The notes: generated from the letters alone by a model not told the origin. A stretch of DNA of 61,118 nt from Arenimonas sp. (GCA_035433005.1 DAORUD010000001.1:1-61118), one strand, 5' to 3'; shown: positions 1 to 9,784, counted from the stretch's first letter. A program made the numbers and translations.

Positions 1-1
1 C

Positions 2-595
2 ATGAGCGTCGACAGCGCCTTGATTGTTCGCAAGACCGCCCTGCCCACGGCGCAGCAGTTGACCGCCGACATTGCGGAAACCGGCGTCACCCTGGCCTTC
101 CCGGCGGGCTTTGCCTTGGACCGGAACATCGGCGGCTGGGTGCCCGTGACCGTCGACGGTCAGGAAAGCGGATTCCATTACGCCGTTCAGTCGGTGGCCG
201 AACTCGACCCGGCCGAGCTGCCGGACGGTGCGGCCGAGGCGGGCGACACGCTGCTGGCGTTCGGAGCGCAAGGCACCTTGTCCGCTCAAACGGTCACGCT
301 GATCCACGAGGTCATGGGGCGCCGCTATCGGGCCTGGCTCCTGATTGAAGATGAACTGCTGCCACCGGACGACAGCTGGGGGCCCGGTGCGCCGCTTGAC
401 GACATCCACGTTGATCGACGTGGCTCGCCCGCGAAACTGGCCAGCGATGTGGAGGCCTATGTCGCGCAGCACTATCCGCCCCTGCCGCCCGCCCGCCACC
501 ACGCCGCGGCAAAGGACATGCTGAAGCAGCTGGTCGTTCCCATCCTGATTTTTGCGGCGCTCGGCGGCTTTTACCTCTGGTCCCAGCTCAAGTAG
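2..595 (+). CDS. hypothetical protein with C-terminal transmembrane helix
   Basis: 197-aa ORF with natural composition and hydrophobic C-terminus (LVVPILIFAALGGFYLW). Start is at the window edge, so the true start cannot be confirmed. Confidence 0.7.
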   Translation: MSVDSALIVRKTALPTAQQLTADIAETGVTLAFPAGFALDRNIGGWVPVTVDGQESGFHYAVQSVAELDPAELPDGAAEAGDTLLAFGAQGTLSAQTVTLIHEVMGRRYRAWLLIEDELLPPDDSWGPGAPLDDIHVDRRGSPAKLASDVEAYVAQHYPPLPPARHHAAAKDMLKQLVVPILIFAALGGFYLWSQLK

Positions 596-998
596 CGCTC
601 TGGCGGCGCGGGCGCACCTGCGCGGTCGCACCCGCCAGCAGCCGGCGGAACGTCGGGCATTCCAGGTGGCTGGGCGCCGGGCACACGGCGGCGTGCTGCA
701 GGCCGTCGCGCAGGGCGGTGAGCCGGGCGATGCTGCGGTCTATCTCGGCGGCCTTGGCGGCCAGCCGGCGGCGGTCAATGCGCGGCTTGCCCGAGGGCGC
801 GAACATGCCGCCGATCTCGTCCAGCGAAAACCCGGCCACGCGCCCCAGCGAAATCAGCGCCAGCCGCTCCAGCACGTCGGCGTCGTACTGGCGGCGCAGG
901 CCGTGCCGGCCGGTCGCGGCCACCAGGCCTTTCTCTTCGTAGAAGCGCAGCGTTGACGCCGGCACGCCAGAGCGTTTCACCACGTCGGCGATATCCAT
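588..998 (-). CDS. MerR-family transcriptional regulator
   Basis: N-terminal MerR HTH (IADVVKRSGVPASTLRFYEEKGL), coiled coil, C-terminal C-X7-C (CPAPSHLEC). Confidence 0.92.
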   Translation of the reverse strand: MDIADVVKRSGVPASTLRFYEEKGLVAATGRHGLRRQYDADVLERLALISLGRVAGFSLDEIGGMFAPSGKPRIDRRRLAAKAAEIDRSIARLTALRDGLQHAAVCPAPSHLECPTFRRLLAGATAQVRPRRQSAT

Positions 999-1010
999 GG
1001 CGCGGACCCC

Positions 1011-1041
1011 TTGACCTCAAGTTGACTTGAAGTGGCATCGT
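1011..1041 (+). promoter_or_regulatory. MerR-type sigma70 promoter with SoxR-box-like operator in a 19-bp spacer
   Basis: -35 TTGACC (1011-1016), dyad CCTCAAGTTGACTTGAAG (1015-1032), -10 CATCGT (1036-1041). The 19-bp spacer is diagnostic of MerR promoters. Confidence 0.85.
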
Positions 1042-1080
1042 GGCGCCCATGCCCTCGGTTCGCAAGTGAAAGGAAACACC

Positions 1081-1572
1081 ATGGACGCCTGGACCAACAC
1101 CGCCCTGGTCGGCATCGCCGCCACCGCCCTGACGGACCTGTGGTCGCTGGCACGCCGCGCGCTGTTCGGCCTGCCGCTGCCCGACTTCGGGCTGGTGGGC
1201 CGCTGGCTGGCGCACATGCCGCGCGGCCGCTTCGTGCATGCGTCCATTGCGGCGGCCGCGCCGGTGGCCGGCGAACGCATCCTGGGCTGGGTGGCCCATT
1301 ACCTGATCGGCGCAGCGTTCGCGGCGCTGATGCCGCTGCTGTTTGGCGCGGCCTGGCTGCGCAACCCCACGCTGGCGCCGGCCCTGGCCGTGGGCATCGG
1401 CACCGTGGCGGCGCCGTTCCTGCTGATGCAGCCGGGCATGGGCGCGGGCCTTGCCGCACGCCGCAGCCCGCGGCCGAACTTCGCGCGGCTGCAGAGCCTG
1501 GCCACGCACGCGGTGTTCGGGCTGGGGCTGTATGCCGCGGCCTGGGCCACAGCGTTCACGGCCGGCGGCTGA
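1081..1572 (+). CDS. DUF2938-like membrane protein
   Basis: ATG after AAGGAAA RBS; GIAATALTDLW, VGRWLAH, APFLLMQPGMGAG motifs; divergent from MerR gene. Confidence 0.8.
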   Translation: MDAWTNTALVGIAATALTDLWSLARRALFGLPLPDFGLVGRWLAHMPRGRFVHASIAAAAPVAGERILGWVAHYLIGAAFAALMPLLFGAAWLRNPTLAPALAVGIGTVAAPFLLMQPGMGAGLAARRSPRPNFARLQSLATHAVFGLGLYAAAWATAFTAGG

Positions 1573-1648
1573 TGCCGCGCACGTCCGCCCTGCCACACTT
1601 CCCGCCATCCGATGCCTGGAGCCATTCCGTGAAAATCCCCGCGCGCTG

Positions 1649-2155
1649 TCAGCCGCCCGCCGGCATGAACGGCACGCGCGCCGCCTGTTCGAAGCGCACG
1701 ATGGCGCGCAGCTTGTATTCCACCTGCAGGTAGCGCGCGGCCTTGAGCATGGGCACGGCGCGCTTGAGCTTGCGGTGCACGCGCTTGAGCGCGTCGGCCT
1801 CGGCCACTTCAATCGCCACCGCTTCGGCGGCCAGGCTGGCGGCGTCGTCTTCGGTCACCTGGCCGGCATTCCACGCGCGCGCATAGGCCATCACGTTGTC
1901 CAGGCGGCGGCGGTTGAAGTCGGCCAAGTCCTCCTGGTACGCGTCGTAGATCGGCCAGAAGGCCTTGGCTTCGTCCGCGGTCAGCGCCAGCTGTTCGTCA
2001 ATGAAGGTGCGCTTGCCGGCGCCGACGTAAGCCTGGGCCAGCTGCAGCTGCGCGGTGATCTCGGCATCGCTGGGGCCCGTGGCGCCCGCGGACTGGGCAT
2101 GGGCGGGGCCGGCCAGCAGGCCCAGCAGCACGACGGCGGTCAGGATCGGTTTCAT
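1649..2155 (-). CDS. secreted helical protein (Spy/CpxP LTxxQ-like motif)
   Basis: Start moved to MKPILTAVVLLGLLAGPAHA (signal peptide, GAGG RBS); LALTADEAKAFWPIYDAY motif. Confidence 0.7.
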   Translation of the reverse strand: MKPILTAVVLLGLLAGPAHAQSAGATGPSDAEITAQLQLAQAYVGAGKRTFIDEQLALTADEAKAFWPIYDAYQEDLADFNRRRLDNVMAYARAWNAGQVTEDDAASLAAEAVAIEVAEADALKRVHRKLKRAVPMLKAARYLQVEYKLRAIVRFEQAARVPFMPAGG

Positions 2156-2189
2156 GGTGTTCCTCTTGGATGATGGATGTGGCCCGGGC

Positions 2190-3326
2190 TTATCGGGCCC
2201 AGGGATTGCCGATCTGGATGTAGGTGGCCAGGCCGTCGGGGCCCTGGGCCACGTCAATGCCGAAGGTCAGGCCGAAATATTTCCGGGCCTTGAAGCGCAC
2301 GCCCACGCCGCCCGCGGCCACCGACGCCGAGGCCTGCGTGCCGCGATAGTCGGCCTGCGCGTGGCCGGCGCCGGCGAAGGCGATCAGGTCCCAGCGTTCG
2401 CCCACGGGCCAGCGGTGCTCAAGCTCCATGGACACCACGCTTTCGCCGGCGTAGCGCATGGCCGGCACGCCGCGCAGGCCCACGAACGGGCGCAGGTAGA
2501 AAGGCTGGTCGCCGCGGCTGGCGTCGAGCACGGCGCGAACGCCCAGCACGCCCTCGCCCAGGCCGCGGCCGTAGCGATGCCAGCGCAGGCCCAGCGCCTG
2601 GGCATTGAAGCTGCCGCCCAGCCATGTCGCGTACACGGTGCCGGTGGCCTTCCACTGCATGCCGGTGGTGGGCGAGTACACGTCGTCGCGGGTGTCGTTG
2701 GCGTAGGACAGCGCGAAGCCGTTGGCGCGGCTCTGCACGCCCGACCCGCTGAGCTCCGCCGGCAGGCCGCGGTCGAACGACAGGTCCGCGTCGCTGGCGA
2801 ACAGGCGCAGCCCCAGCGTGGCCGCGCCGTCACCGACGCTGCGGTCGGCCTGCAGGCTCAGCCCCACCACGTCCAGCCCGAAGCCCACGTCGAGTTCGCC
2901 GCCGGGCGCGAGGCCGTCGTAGTGCAGCCGCAGCTGGGCATCGGCCGCCACGGCCGTGGTCCACCAGCGGCCGCCGTCCCAGGCGCGCAGGTCGAACGCG
3001 GCCATGCCGCGCGATCCGCCGTCGGTCCACAGCGCGCCAAAGCCCATCGCTTCGGTCTTGGCCGGGCCGTCGTTGTAGGCGGGCCCTTCGCGCATCCACA
3101 CCGGGCCGGCGAACACGCCGTTGCCCACGGCGGGTTCGGTGATCGGGTAGGGAACGATCAGCAGGGTGCGTTTGCCGTCGGCGGGTGCGGCGCTTTCAGC
3201 TTCTGCAGCGCTGTCCTGCGCGGCGGCATGGCCCGCGGCCGCAAGCCACAGCAGGCACGCCAGCCCGTGGCGCCTGGCAGCGTGCGACGTGGCCTTTCGT
3301 GGCGGGCGAGGCGCGATGGTTGGCAC
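2190..3326 (-). CDS. Omp85/BamA-TamA-like outer-membrane beta-barrel protein (no evident POTRA domains)
   Basis: DTRDDVYSPTTG, LRGVPAMRY and GGVGVRF motifs, C-terminal IQIGNPW. GTG start at 3326 chosen from AGGA RBS and promoter position; start uncertain. Confidence 0.75.
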   Translation of the reverse strand: MPTIAPRPPRKATSHAARRHGLACLLWLAAAGHAAAQDSAAEAESAAPADGKRTLLIVPYPITEPAVGNGVFAGPVWMREGPAYNDGPAKTEAMGFGALWTDGGSRGMAAFDLRAWDGGRWWTTAVAADAQLRLHYDGLAPGGELDVGFGLDVVGLSLQADRSVGDGAATLGLRLFASDADLSFDRGLPAELSGSGVQSRANGFALSYANDTRDDVYSPTTGMQWKATGTVYATWLGGSFNAQALGLRWHRYGRGLGEGVLGVRAVLDASRGDQPFYLRPFVGLRGVPAMRYAGESVVSMELEHRWPVGERWDLIAFAGAGHAQADYRGTQASASVAAGGVGVRFKARKYFGLTFGIDVAQGPDGLATYIQIGNPWAR

Positions 3327-3384
3327 GGGCCGGAATCCTGCGTGGCCAAAGGCCCGGCGATGCACCGGGCGTGGCGAGGCGTGC

Positions 3385-3429
3385 AGTGTTGGCGGGCCCG
3401 GCCTGGCGCTCAATTGGGCCTTGGTCGCA
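3385..3429 (-). promoter_or_regulatory. cluster box A with putative -10
   Basis: ATTGGGCCTTGGTCGCA (3413-3429, + strand); -10-like AACACT on - strand at 3385-3390, 22 nt away. Confidence 0.55.
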
Positions 3430-3447
3430 TCGGCCGCCGCCGCGGCG

Positions 3448-5676
3448 TTATGACCTCGGCGGTGTTGCCGCGTCCGCCGCCGGCAGGCGGAAATGCACGG
3501 TGGCGCCGGGGCCGTCGTTGTTCCCGGCCCACAGCTTGCCGTGGTGGCTTTCGATGATGGTCATGCACACCGCCAGGCCCAGGCCCATGCCGTCGGCCTT
3601 GGTGCTGACGAAGGGCTGGAAGATCGTTTCCAGGTCGCCCTGCACGATGCCGCGGCCGTAGTCGCGCACCGACACCTCCACGCTGCGGTCGGGCAGGCCG
3701 CGCGTGCGGATCACCAGCGCACGCCCCTTGGCGACGTCCTTCATCGCGTCGCAGCCGTTGGTGATCAGGTTCAGCAGCACCTGCTGCAGCTGGATGCGGT
3801 CGCCCCACACCACCGGCAGGCGGGGGTCGAGCTCCAGCACGGTTTCGGTGTTCTTGTTCAGCAGGTCGCTGCGGATGATGCGCAGCACGTCGGCCACCAC
3901 TTCGTTCATGTCCAGCTCGCGGTGGTCGGCGGCTTCCTTGCGCAGCATGGCGCGCAGCCGGCGGATCACTTCGCCGGCGCGCTTGTCGCTTTCCACGATG
4001 TTGACCAGGCTTTCCGACACTTCGCCCAGGTTGGGCGGGTCCATGGCCATGAAGCGCAGCGCGGCCTGCGCGTTGCTCAGGATGGCGGTGAGCGGCTGGT
4101 TGAGCTCATGCGCCAGCGAACCCGACAGCTCCGCCAGCAGCGCCACGCGCGACAGATGCGCCAGTTCGTCGCGGTGCCGGGCCGCCTCGGACTCCAGCCG
4201 CCGCCGCTCGCTGATGTCGGCGATGGAGGCCAGCACGAACTGCCCGGAACCCACGCGGATCGGATTGAGCGCCACTTCTATCGGCACGTCGGTGCCGTCC
4301 TTGCGGCGGCCCCGCAGGTCCAGGCCCGAACCCATCAGCCGCGCACTCGGGTCGTCCAGGTAGGCCGGGATATGCCCGCGGTGCCTGGCGCGGAAGCGCT
4401 CGGGCACCAGGTCGTCCACCGACAGGGACAGCAGTTCGCTGCGCGAATAGCCGAACACCACCTCGGCCTGGCGGTTGGCCAGCGTTATCGCACCGTCGCG
4501 CCGCGTCATCAGCATGGCGGTGGGCGAAGCCTCCACGGCCAGCTGGAACCGCTCTTCCTGCTGCACCCGTTCGGTGACGTCGGCGATGATGCCGTGCAGC
4601 TTCGTCGGCGCGCCGTCCGGCCCGGCCTCGGCCTGTCCGCGCACCGAAAGATGGCGCAGCGAACCGTCACCGGCGCGCAGGCGGAACCCGACCCGGAACT
4701 CGCCGCCCTGCTCGCGCGCCGCCGCCATGGCGGTGCGCAGCCCGGCGCGGTCCTCGCGCTGTATCCGCCGCAGCAGCGTGGCCATGCGGAACGGCTGCCC
4801 CGGCGAAAACCCCAGCAGGCCCAGGCCCAGGTCGGTCACCCATTGCTTGCCGGTGGCGGCGTCCCAGCCCCACAGGCCCAGTTCGCCGGCGCGGGCGGCC
4901 ACTTCGGCCTTGATCTCGCTTTCGCGCAGCTGTTCGCGGGTGTGGCTCAGGGTGCGGGACAGGTCGGCCGAGCGCAGGATCTCGGCGCCCAGTTCGTTGC
5001 TCATCACGAACACCACCAGCAGGAAGCCGGGCACCAGCGCGTCGGGCGCGTGGATGAAGCCCAGCACCACGGCCACCCGCCAGCTGTTGACCAGCAGGGT
5101 GAAGCCGGCGATGCCGCCGCACACGCGCAGGGCAGGCCAGCGTTCCGCCTGCGGGCGCAAGCGCCATTCGCGCAGCATGGTGTCCACCAGGTAGGCCACG
5201 AACACCACGATGCCCAGCTGGCCGACGATCATCCACGGGTTCACCACGCCGACCGGGACGGCGGTCTCGACGCCACCAAAGATCAGCGCCACTTCCAGGC
5301 GCGTCACTTCGGTGAAGTTGATGTTGTCGCCGGTGGTGAAGTTGATCACCAGCGAGACCAGGCGCATGCCGCAGGCCGCCGCGCACAGCCAGGCCCGGCT
5401 GGACGAAAAGCGCAGGTGCACGAACAGCGCCAGCGACACGAACATCACCGTGCCGGCCACGTGCGCCCAGCGCAGCAGCTCGGCGTACTCGTGCGGGTCG
5501 CGCACGTACATCATCATGCGTTCCATCGCCGAGATGGTGGCCACCGACAGGCAGGCCAGGGCGAACACCAGGTGCACGCGGTCCTGGGGGCGGCGAATCC
5601 ACGCCAGCGCATGCACCAGGCCCAGCATGAGGCAGGCGCCGCCCATCACCGGCCACGCGATGTCTATCCAGTTCAT
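3448..5676 (-). CDS. FixL-like membrane sensor histidine kinase with PAS domains
   Basis: Multi-TM N-terminus, two PAS regions, H-box LAHELNQPL, N-box QVLLNLITNG, G boxes DYGRG and GMGLGL. Confidence 0.93.
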   Translation of the reverse strand: MNWIDIAWPVMGGACLMLGLVHALAWIRRPQDRVHLVFALACLSVATISAMERMMMYVRDPHEYAELLRWAHVAGTVMFVSLALFVHLRFSSSRAWLCAAACGMRLVSLVINFTTGDNINFTEVTRLEVALIFGGVETAVPVGVVNPWMIVGQLGIVVFVAYLVDTMLREWRLRPQAERWPALRVCGGIAGFTLLVNSWRVAVVLGFIHAPDALVPGFLLVVFVMSNELGAEILRSADLSRTLSHTREQLRESEIKAEVAARAGELGLWGWDAATGKQWVTDLGLGLLGFSPGQPFRMATLLRRIQREDRAGLRTAMAAAREQGGEFRVGFRLRAGDGSLRHLSVRGQAEAGPDGAPTKLHGIIADVTERVQQEERFQLAVEASPTAMLMTRRDGAITLANRQAEVVFGYSRSELLSLSVDDLVPERFRARHRGHIPAYLDDPSARLMGSGLDLRGRRKDGTDVPIEVALNPIRVGSGQFVLASIADISERRRLESEAARHRDELAHLSRVALLAELSGSLAHELNQPLTAILSNAQAALRFMAMDPPNLGEVSESLVNIVESDKRAGEVIRRLRAMLRKEAADHRELDMNEVVADVLRIIRSDLLNKNTETVLELDPRLPVVWGDRIQLQQVLLNLITNGCDAMKDVAKGRALVIRTRGLPDRSVEVSVRDYGRGIVQGDLETIFQPFVSTKADGMGLGLAVCMTIIESHHGKLWAGNNDGPGATVHFRLPAADAATPPRS

Positions 5677-5732
5677 GCCTGCGGTCCCTGCCCGGTGGCA
5701 ACCACGCCGAGTCTATACGACGGGTGCGCGGG

Positions 5733-6743
5733 TCATGGGGCGCCGCCCAGGCGCGGGCGCCAGGCGATTTCCCAGCGCCACTCCGAGCTGATGCCGGTCT
5801 CGATGTTCACGTCGCTCCAGACGTAGCGCCAGGCCAGGGCCAGCCGGACGTGGTCGGTGATCGGGTGTTCCAGCCGGAAGTCGAGGTTGGCGTAGCGGCC
5901 GTCGTCGAGGGAATCGAGCAGCTGCAGTTCGCCCGTGTAGGTGATGCTGCCGAGCAGCGGGCCCTTGGCGCGGGCGTACAGGCCGTAGGCCGTGCCGTCG
6001 TAGTGCTGCGCGCCGCGGTCCAGCCACAGGTAGCCCACGGCCGGGCCGATGCGCAGGTAGCGTTCGGGCGCTTCGAACAGGCGCCAGCCGTAGGCCACGC
6101 TGAGCGTGCGGGTGCGGTCGTAGCCTTCGTCTATGAGGTCGGACGAACCGATCACCCGGCCGGACACGAAGCGGTCCGACGGCAGCCAGCGGTCGTAGCT
6201 CAGGCTGGCCGAGGCATCGTCGTCCTTGAGCCGGCCCTCGGTGCGGGTGTAGCCGTAGGACAGGTTGCCGTTGAGTTCGCCGTGGTCGGAAGCGCGCACG
6301 AAGCGCAGGGTGGCGTCCACTTCGTCCTCGCGCTGTTCCAGGCTGCCGCGGTCGGCGCCCAGCTTCAGGCCCACGTCCACGCGCCACGGGCTGGCCGGTT
6401 CGGCCGCAGGTGCGGGTGCGGCCGCAGGTGCGGGTGCGGCCGGCGTGGCCGACGCGGCCGCCGGAGCGGACGGCGTGACCGCCGCGGGATCCGGGGCGTC
6501 GTCGTCGCGCACCGTGGCGGTGGCCTGCGCCACGCGGATGCGGCCGAAGGCGTCGCTGTCGAACACGATGTAGCCGTCGCGCGTTTCCACCCAGCGGCCC
6601 CGGAGGGTGTCGCCGTTGGCCGCCACCAGCGTGGCCGCCGGCGCCAGCGCCGCCACGCCCAGCCACAGCACGGCCGCGCCGGCCGCCCGAAGCCACCGGG
6701 GCACGCGCTTGCCTGGCGCGCGGTTCGGCACGGGCCTGCTCAT
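5733..6743 (-). CDS. DUF481-like outer-membrane beta-barrel protein
   Basis: Start MSRPVPN overlaps the stop of the upstream regulator; signal peptide, NGDTLRG N-domain, Pro/Ala linker, amphipathic beta-strands. Confidence 0.72.
   Translation of the reverse strand: MSRPVPNRAPGKRVPRWLRAAGAAVLWLGVAALAPAATLVAANGDTLRGRWVETRDGYIVFDSDAFGRIRVAQATATVRDDDAPDPAAVTPSAPAAASATPAAPAPAAAPAPAAEPASPWRVDVGLKLGADRGSLEQREDEVDATLRFVRASDHGELNGNLSYGYTRTEGRLKDDDASASLSYDRWLPSDRFVSGRVIGSSDLIDEGYDRTRTLSVAYGWRLFEAPERYLRIGPAVGYLWLDRGAQHYDGTAYGLYARAKGPLLGSITYTGELQLLDSLDDGRYANLDFRLEHPITDHVRLALAWRYVWSDVNIETGISSEWRWEIAWRPRLGGAP
6401..6442. repeat. 18-bp tandem repeat (2.3 copies) encoding a Pro/Ala linker
   Basis: CGGCCGCAGGTGCGGGTG at 6401-6418 and 6419-6436, plus a partial copy. 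Confidence 0.85.
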
Positions 6744-7129
6744 CGTCCCTGCGCGGTGCCGGTCACCCAGCTGATGGCGTCCAGCAGCGCCTGGTCGTCC
6801 ACCGGCTTGCGCAGGAAAAGCTTGGCGCCCAGGTCGCGGGCCCACAGTCGCGTCTCGTCGTCTTCGCGCGCGGAAATGGTGATCACCGGCAGCTGGATGC
6901 CGCGCTGGTTGAGCTCTTCCTGGATCTGCAGCCCGGTCAGCTGCGGCAGGCTGATGTCCAGCAGGATGCACGCCAGCGGCTGGTCGCGCACGCCGGCCAG
7001 GAACTCGTGCGCCGAACCGAAGGGGCGCGCGTCCAGCCCCGCCGAACGGATCAGGCGCGCGAACCCGTTACGGACGGCGTCGTCGTCGTCCACGATGTAC
7101 ACGACAAGCGGTACGGCCTTCCTCGTCAT
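6740..7129 (-). CDS. single-domain response regulator (FixJ-type receiver)
   Basis: YIVDDD, LLDISLP, LRKPVD receiver motifs; no output domain. Confidence 0.9.
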   Translation of the reverse strand: MTRKAVPLVVYIVDDDDAVRNGFARLIRSAGLDARPFGSAHEFLAGVRDQPLACILLDISLPQLTGLQIQEELNQRGIQLPVITISAREDDETRLWARDLGAKLFLRKPVDDQALLDAISWVTGTAQGR

Positions 7130-7218
7130 CCCTTGTCCCCGGAACCTGCGTGCCCTGGTGTCGCGCCCGCCGTGGGCGGGCCGCGCGGCACGCACTGAAT
7201 GCGTTTCCCCTGGCCACC

Positions 7219-7263
7219 AATCTAGGGCGGGCGAACGCGGCGCGGTATGGGACCTTGAGCCTA
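7219..7263 (-). promoter_or_regulatory. cluster box B with putative -10
   Basis: ATGGGACCTTGAGCCTA (7247-7263); -10-like TAGATT on - strand at 7219-7224, 22 nt away. Confidence 0.65.
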
Positions 7264-7285
7264 CGGCGGCGGCCGCGGCGGGACT

Positions 7286-7933
7286 TCAGCGCGGGTGGGA
7301 CCGGGAGCGGTCGGCGGCCGCGAGCTGTTCGCACAGGTGCACCAGTTCGGCCACCGAGCGCACCTTCATCTTGGCCATCACCCGGCCGCGGTGGACCTTC
7401 ACCGTTTTCTCGGCGATGCCCAGGTCGCCGGCGATCTGCTTGTTGAGGCGCCCGCGCACCACGTGTTCCATCACTTCGCGCTCGCGCACCGACAGCGCCG
7501 CCTGCCGGCTGCGGATGTCGTCGCTGGCCTTGCGGGCGCCCGCCGCCGTGCGGCTGGCCTGCAGCGCCTGGCGCACGACGGCCAGCAGGTCGTCGGCGTC
7601 CACGGGTTTTTCAAGGAAGTCCTGGGCGCCCTGCTTCATGGCGCGCACGCCGGTGGCGATGTTCGAGCGGCCGGTGAGGTAGATCACGGGCATCAGCAGC
7701 CCGCGCTCGATCAGCAGGTCGTGCAGCTCGGGCCCGGACAGGCCCGGCATGTGGACGTCCAGCACCAGGCATCCCGTGCGGTCTTCCGGCGACTGGTCCA
7801 GGAAGTCCTGGGCCGAACCGAAGGTTTCCACCGCCAGGCCCTCGGAGCGCAGCAGGCGCGCCAGCGAATCGCGGACGTCGGCCTCGTCGTCCACGATGAA
7901 GACGATGTCGCCGGTACCACCGGTTGCCGCCAT
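7286..7933 (-). CDS. FixJ-family response regulator (REC + LuxR HTH)
   Basis: FIVDDE, VLDVHMPG, FLEKP and LSVREREVM...NKQIAGDLGIAEKTVKVHR. Alternative start at 7984. Confidence 0.93.
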   Translation of the reverse strand: MAATGGTGDIVFIVDDEADVRDSLARLLRSEGLAVETFGSAQDFLDQSPEDRTGCLVLDVHMPGLSGPELHDLLIERGLLMPVIYLTGRSNIATGVRAMKQGAQDFLEKPVDADDLLAVVRQALQASRTAAGARKASDDIRSRQAALSVREREVMEHVVRGRLNKQIAGDLGIAEKTVKVHRGRVMAKMKVRSVAELVHLCEQLAAADRSRSHPR

Positions 7934-8008
7934 GGCGCGGTGCTCCCTGGGAATGGCCTGGATGACTGTATGCCAGCGCGACATGGCCGAAGCAACTGCC
8001 GCCGCGGG

Positions 8009-9202
8009 CTACAGCAGCAGCGACACGACGCGGTCCAGCAGCTCGTCGGCCGACACCATGGTCAGGGCCAGCGGCGCCACCGGCGCCAGGAAGGCGACGG
8101 CCAGCTTCGCCACCAGCCGCAGGCCGACCGGGAAGACGCGCATGTTCGACAGGCTCTGGTAGCTGTTGCCCAGGTCCGCCAGGGACTGGAAGTCGGCGTC
8201 ACCCAAGGGGCTGGGCGACCCGCCGCGCCCGAGCCACTTGCGCTGGAAATCGGCGGCATAGTCCATGGCCAGCGCGCCGTAGGCCGACAGCCCCAGGCGC
8301 TTGGCATCCGCCAGCGCGGGCACGAACGGCAGCAGCGGCGCCAGCACGAAGCACAGGCTCACCACCGTTGCCGCGGCCAGGTCGAGCTTGAAGTGCAACA
8401 GCTGCGCATCCGAGTACAGGATCTGCCCGGCAATCCAGCCCGAGGCCATCGTGCCCTGGGCCACCAGCAGCGGCACGAACGCCAGCGTCATCTGCGACAG
8501 GAAGCCCAGGCCGCCGGCCTGGTCCGGGTGCAGCGGCTGCAGCGCCAGCGGCAGCCGGGACAGGCGCCACAGCAGCACCGCCCACAGCAGCAGCCGGTAG
8601 TACCAGCGCAGTATCAGGAACTGGAACAGGGGCACGCTGACCCACTGCATCCACAGGCCGGGCAGGCGCAGCTGCAGCTGGCCGTTCTCGACCACGCCGT
8701 ACCAGGTGTCAATCTCCAGCGCCGACACCTGCCGCCAGATGGCGCCGATGCCCACCACGTACACGAAGGCCAGCAGCAGCGCTTCCACCCGCGAAGAAGC
8801 CACCGCGCGCCGCATCGCGGCCAGGATGCGCCGGAAGGCTTCGTCCTGCGCGGGCTCCACCAGGCCGCGCTCGACGAACTTGCCGACGGCCACGGTCATG
8901 CGCCGGTGAACCAGCACTTCGGCGGCCAGCATCAGCGGCAGCGCCACCAGGTAGCGCAGCGCAGTGTCCACGTCCTTGAGGAAAGGCACTTGGGCACCTT
9001 CCCAGGCGCGGCCATCCATCAGCGACAGCACCAGCAGCGGCAGCCACAGCAAAGCCATTGCCAGCGCCACGCGCCGGCCCAGGCGGCCCAGCGCGGCGTC
9101 CGAACAGTGCAACCGGCACAGCAGCCGCTGCAGTGGCCCATCGGCCACCAGCGACAGGGGTCCCGCGGCGTCCATGCGTGCCTGGCGGCTGGCGTCCGTC
9201 AT
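8009..9202 (-). CDS. polytopic membrane protein of unknown function
   Basis: 397 aa, several TM segments, HPDQAGGLGFL motif, co-oriented in operon. Confidence 0.8.
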   Translation of the reverse strand: MTDASRQARMDAAGPLSLVADGPLQRLLCRLHCSDAALGRLGRRVALAMALLWLPLLVLSLMDGRAWEGAQVPFLKDVDTALRYLVALPLMLAAEVLVHRRMTVAVGKFVERGLVEPAQDEAFRRILAAMRRAVASSRVEALLLAFVYVVGIGAIWRQVSALEIDTWYGVVENGQLQLRLPGLWMQWVSVPLFQFLILRWYYRLLLWAVLLWRLSRLPLALQPLHPDQAGGLGFLSQMTLAFVPLLVAQGTMASGWIAGQILYSDAQLLHFKLDLAAATVVSLCFVLAPLLPFVPALADAKRLGLSAYGALAMDYAADFQRKWLGRGGSPSPLGDADFQSLADLGNSYQSLSNMRVFPVGLRLVAKLAVAFLAPVAPLALTMVSADELLDRVVSLLL

Positions 9203-9208
9203 GCCGCG

Positions 9209-9784
9209 TCAGTTCAGCGACTTGTCGGGGTAGTACTTGCTGCCTTTGACGGTGATCTCGGCCGCCAGCCCCGAAGACGTCACCTGGTACAGCCACACGC
9301 CCGGCGACACCGACACCGCGCCATCGAAGGCCTTGCCGTCGCCGCCGTGGGTCAGGGCCAGGGTGGACTGGCCGCTGGGCTCCCAGCCCTGGTTGATGAA
9401 GGCGCGGAACGCCTCCTGCGTGGCGAACACGAACACCAGGTCGTACTTCTTGATGCCCGCACCCACGCCGGCCTGCACTTCGACGAAGCGCATGAAGGTT
9501 TGCGACGGCGGCGAGTGCAGCACCGCCAGGCCACGGCCGCGGCCGGTGCCGGCCACGCCGATCTTGATGCCCAGGCTGCGGAACGTGGCGTAGCCGGCGG
9601 CACCGGCGATGTCCTGGCGGGCGCTGGGCTTGGCCCGGTAGAGGTTGGCCAGCACCTGTTCGGACTGGGCGCGGATTTTTTCCCGCTGCTGGTCGGGCGT
9701 GTCGGCCAGCACGAGGCCGGACAGGCACAGCAGCGTCAGCATCAGGAGGCCTCGGGCAATGGCGCCGGCAGCTTGCATCTTCAT
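9209..9784 (-). CDS. YSC84/SYLF-like lipid-binding secreted protein
   Basis: Signal peptide; GTGRGRG, QAGVGAG..YDLVFVF and GLAAEITVKGSKYY motifs. Confidence 0.8.
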   Translation of the reverse strand: MKMQAAGAIARGLLMLTLLCLSGLVLADTPDQQREKIRAQSEQVLANLYRAKPSARQDIAGAAGYATFRSLGIKIGVAGTGRGRGLAVLHSPPSQTFMRFVEVQAGVGAGIKKYDLVFVFATQEAFRAFINQGWEPSGQSTLALTHGGDGKAFDGAVSVSPGVWLYQVTSSGLAAEITVKGSKYYPDKSLN

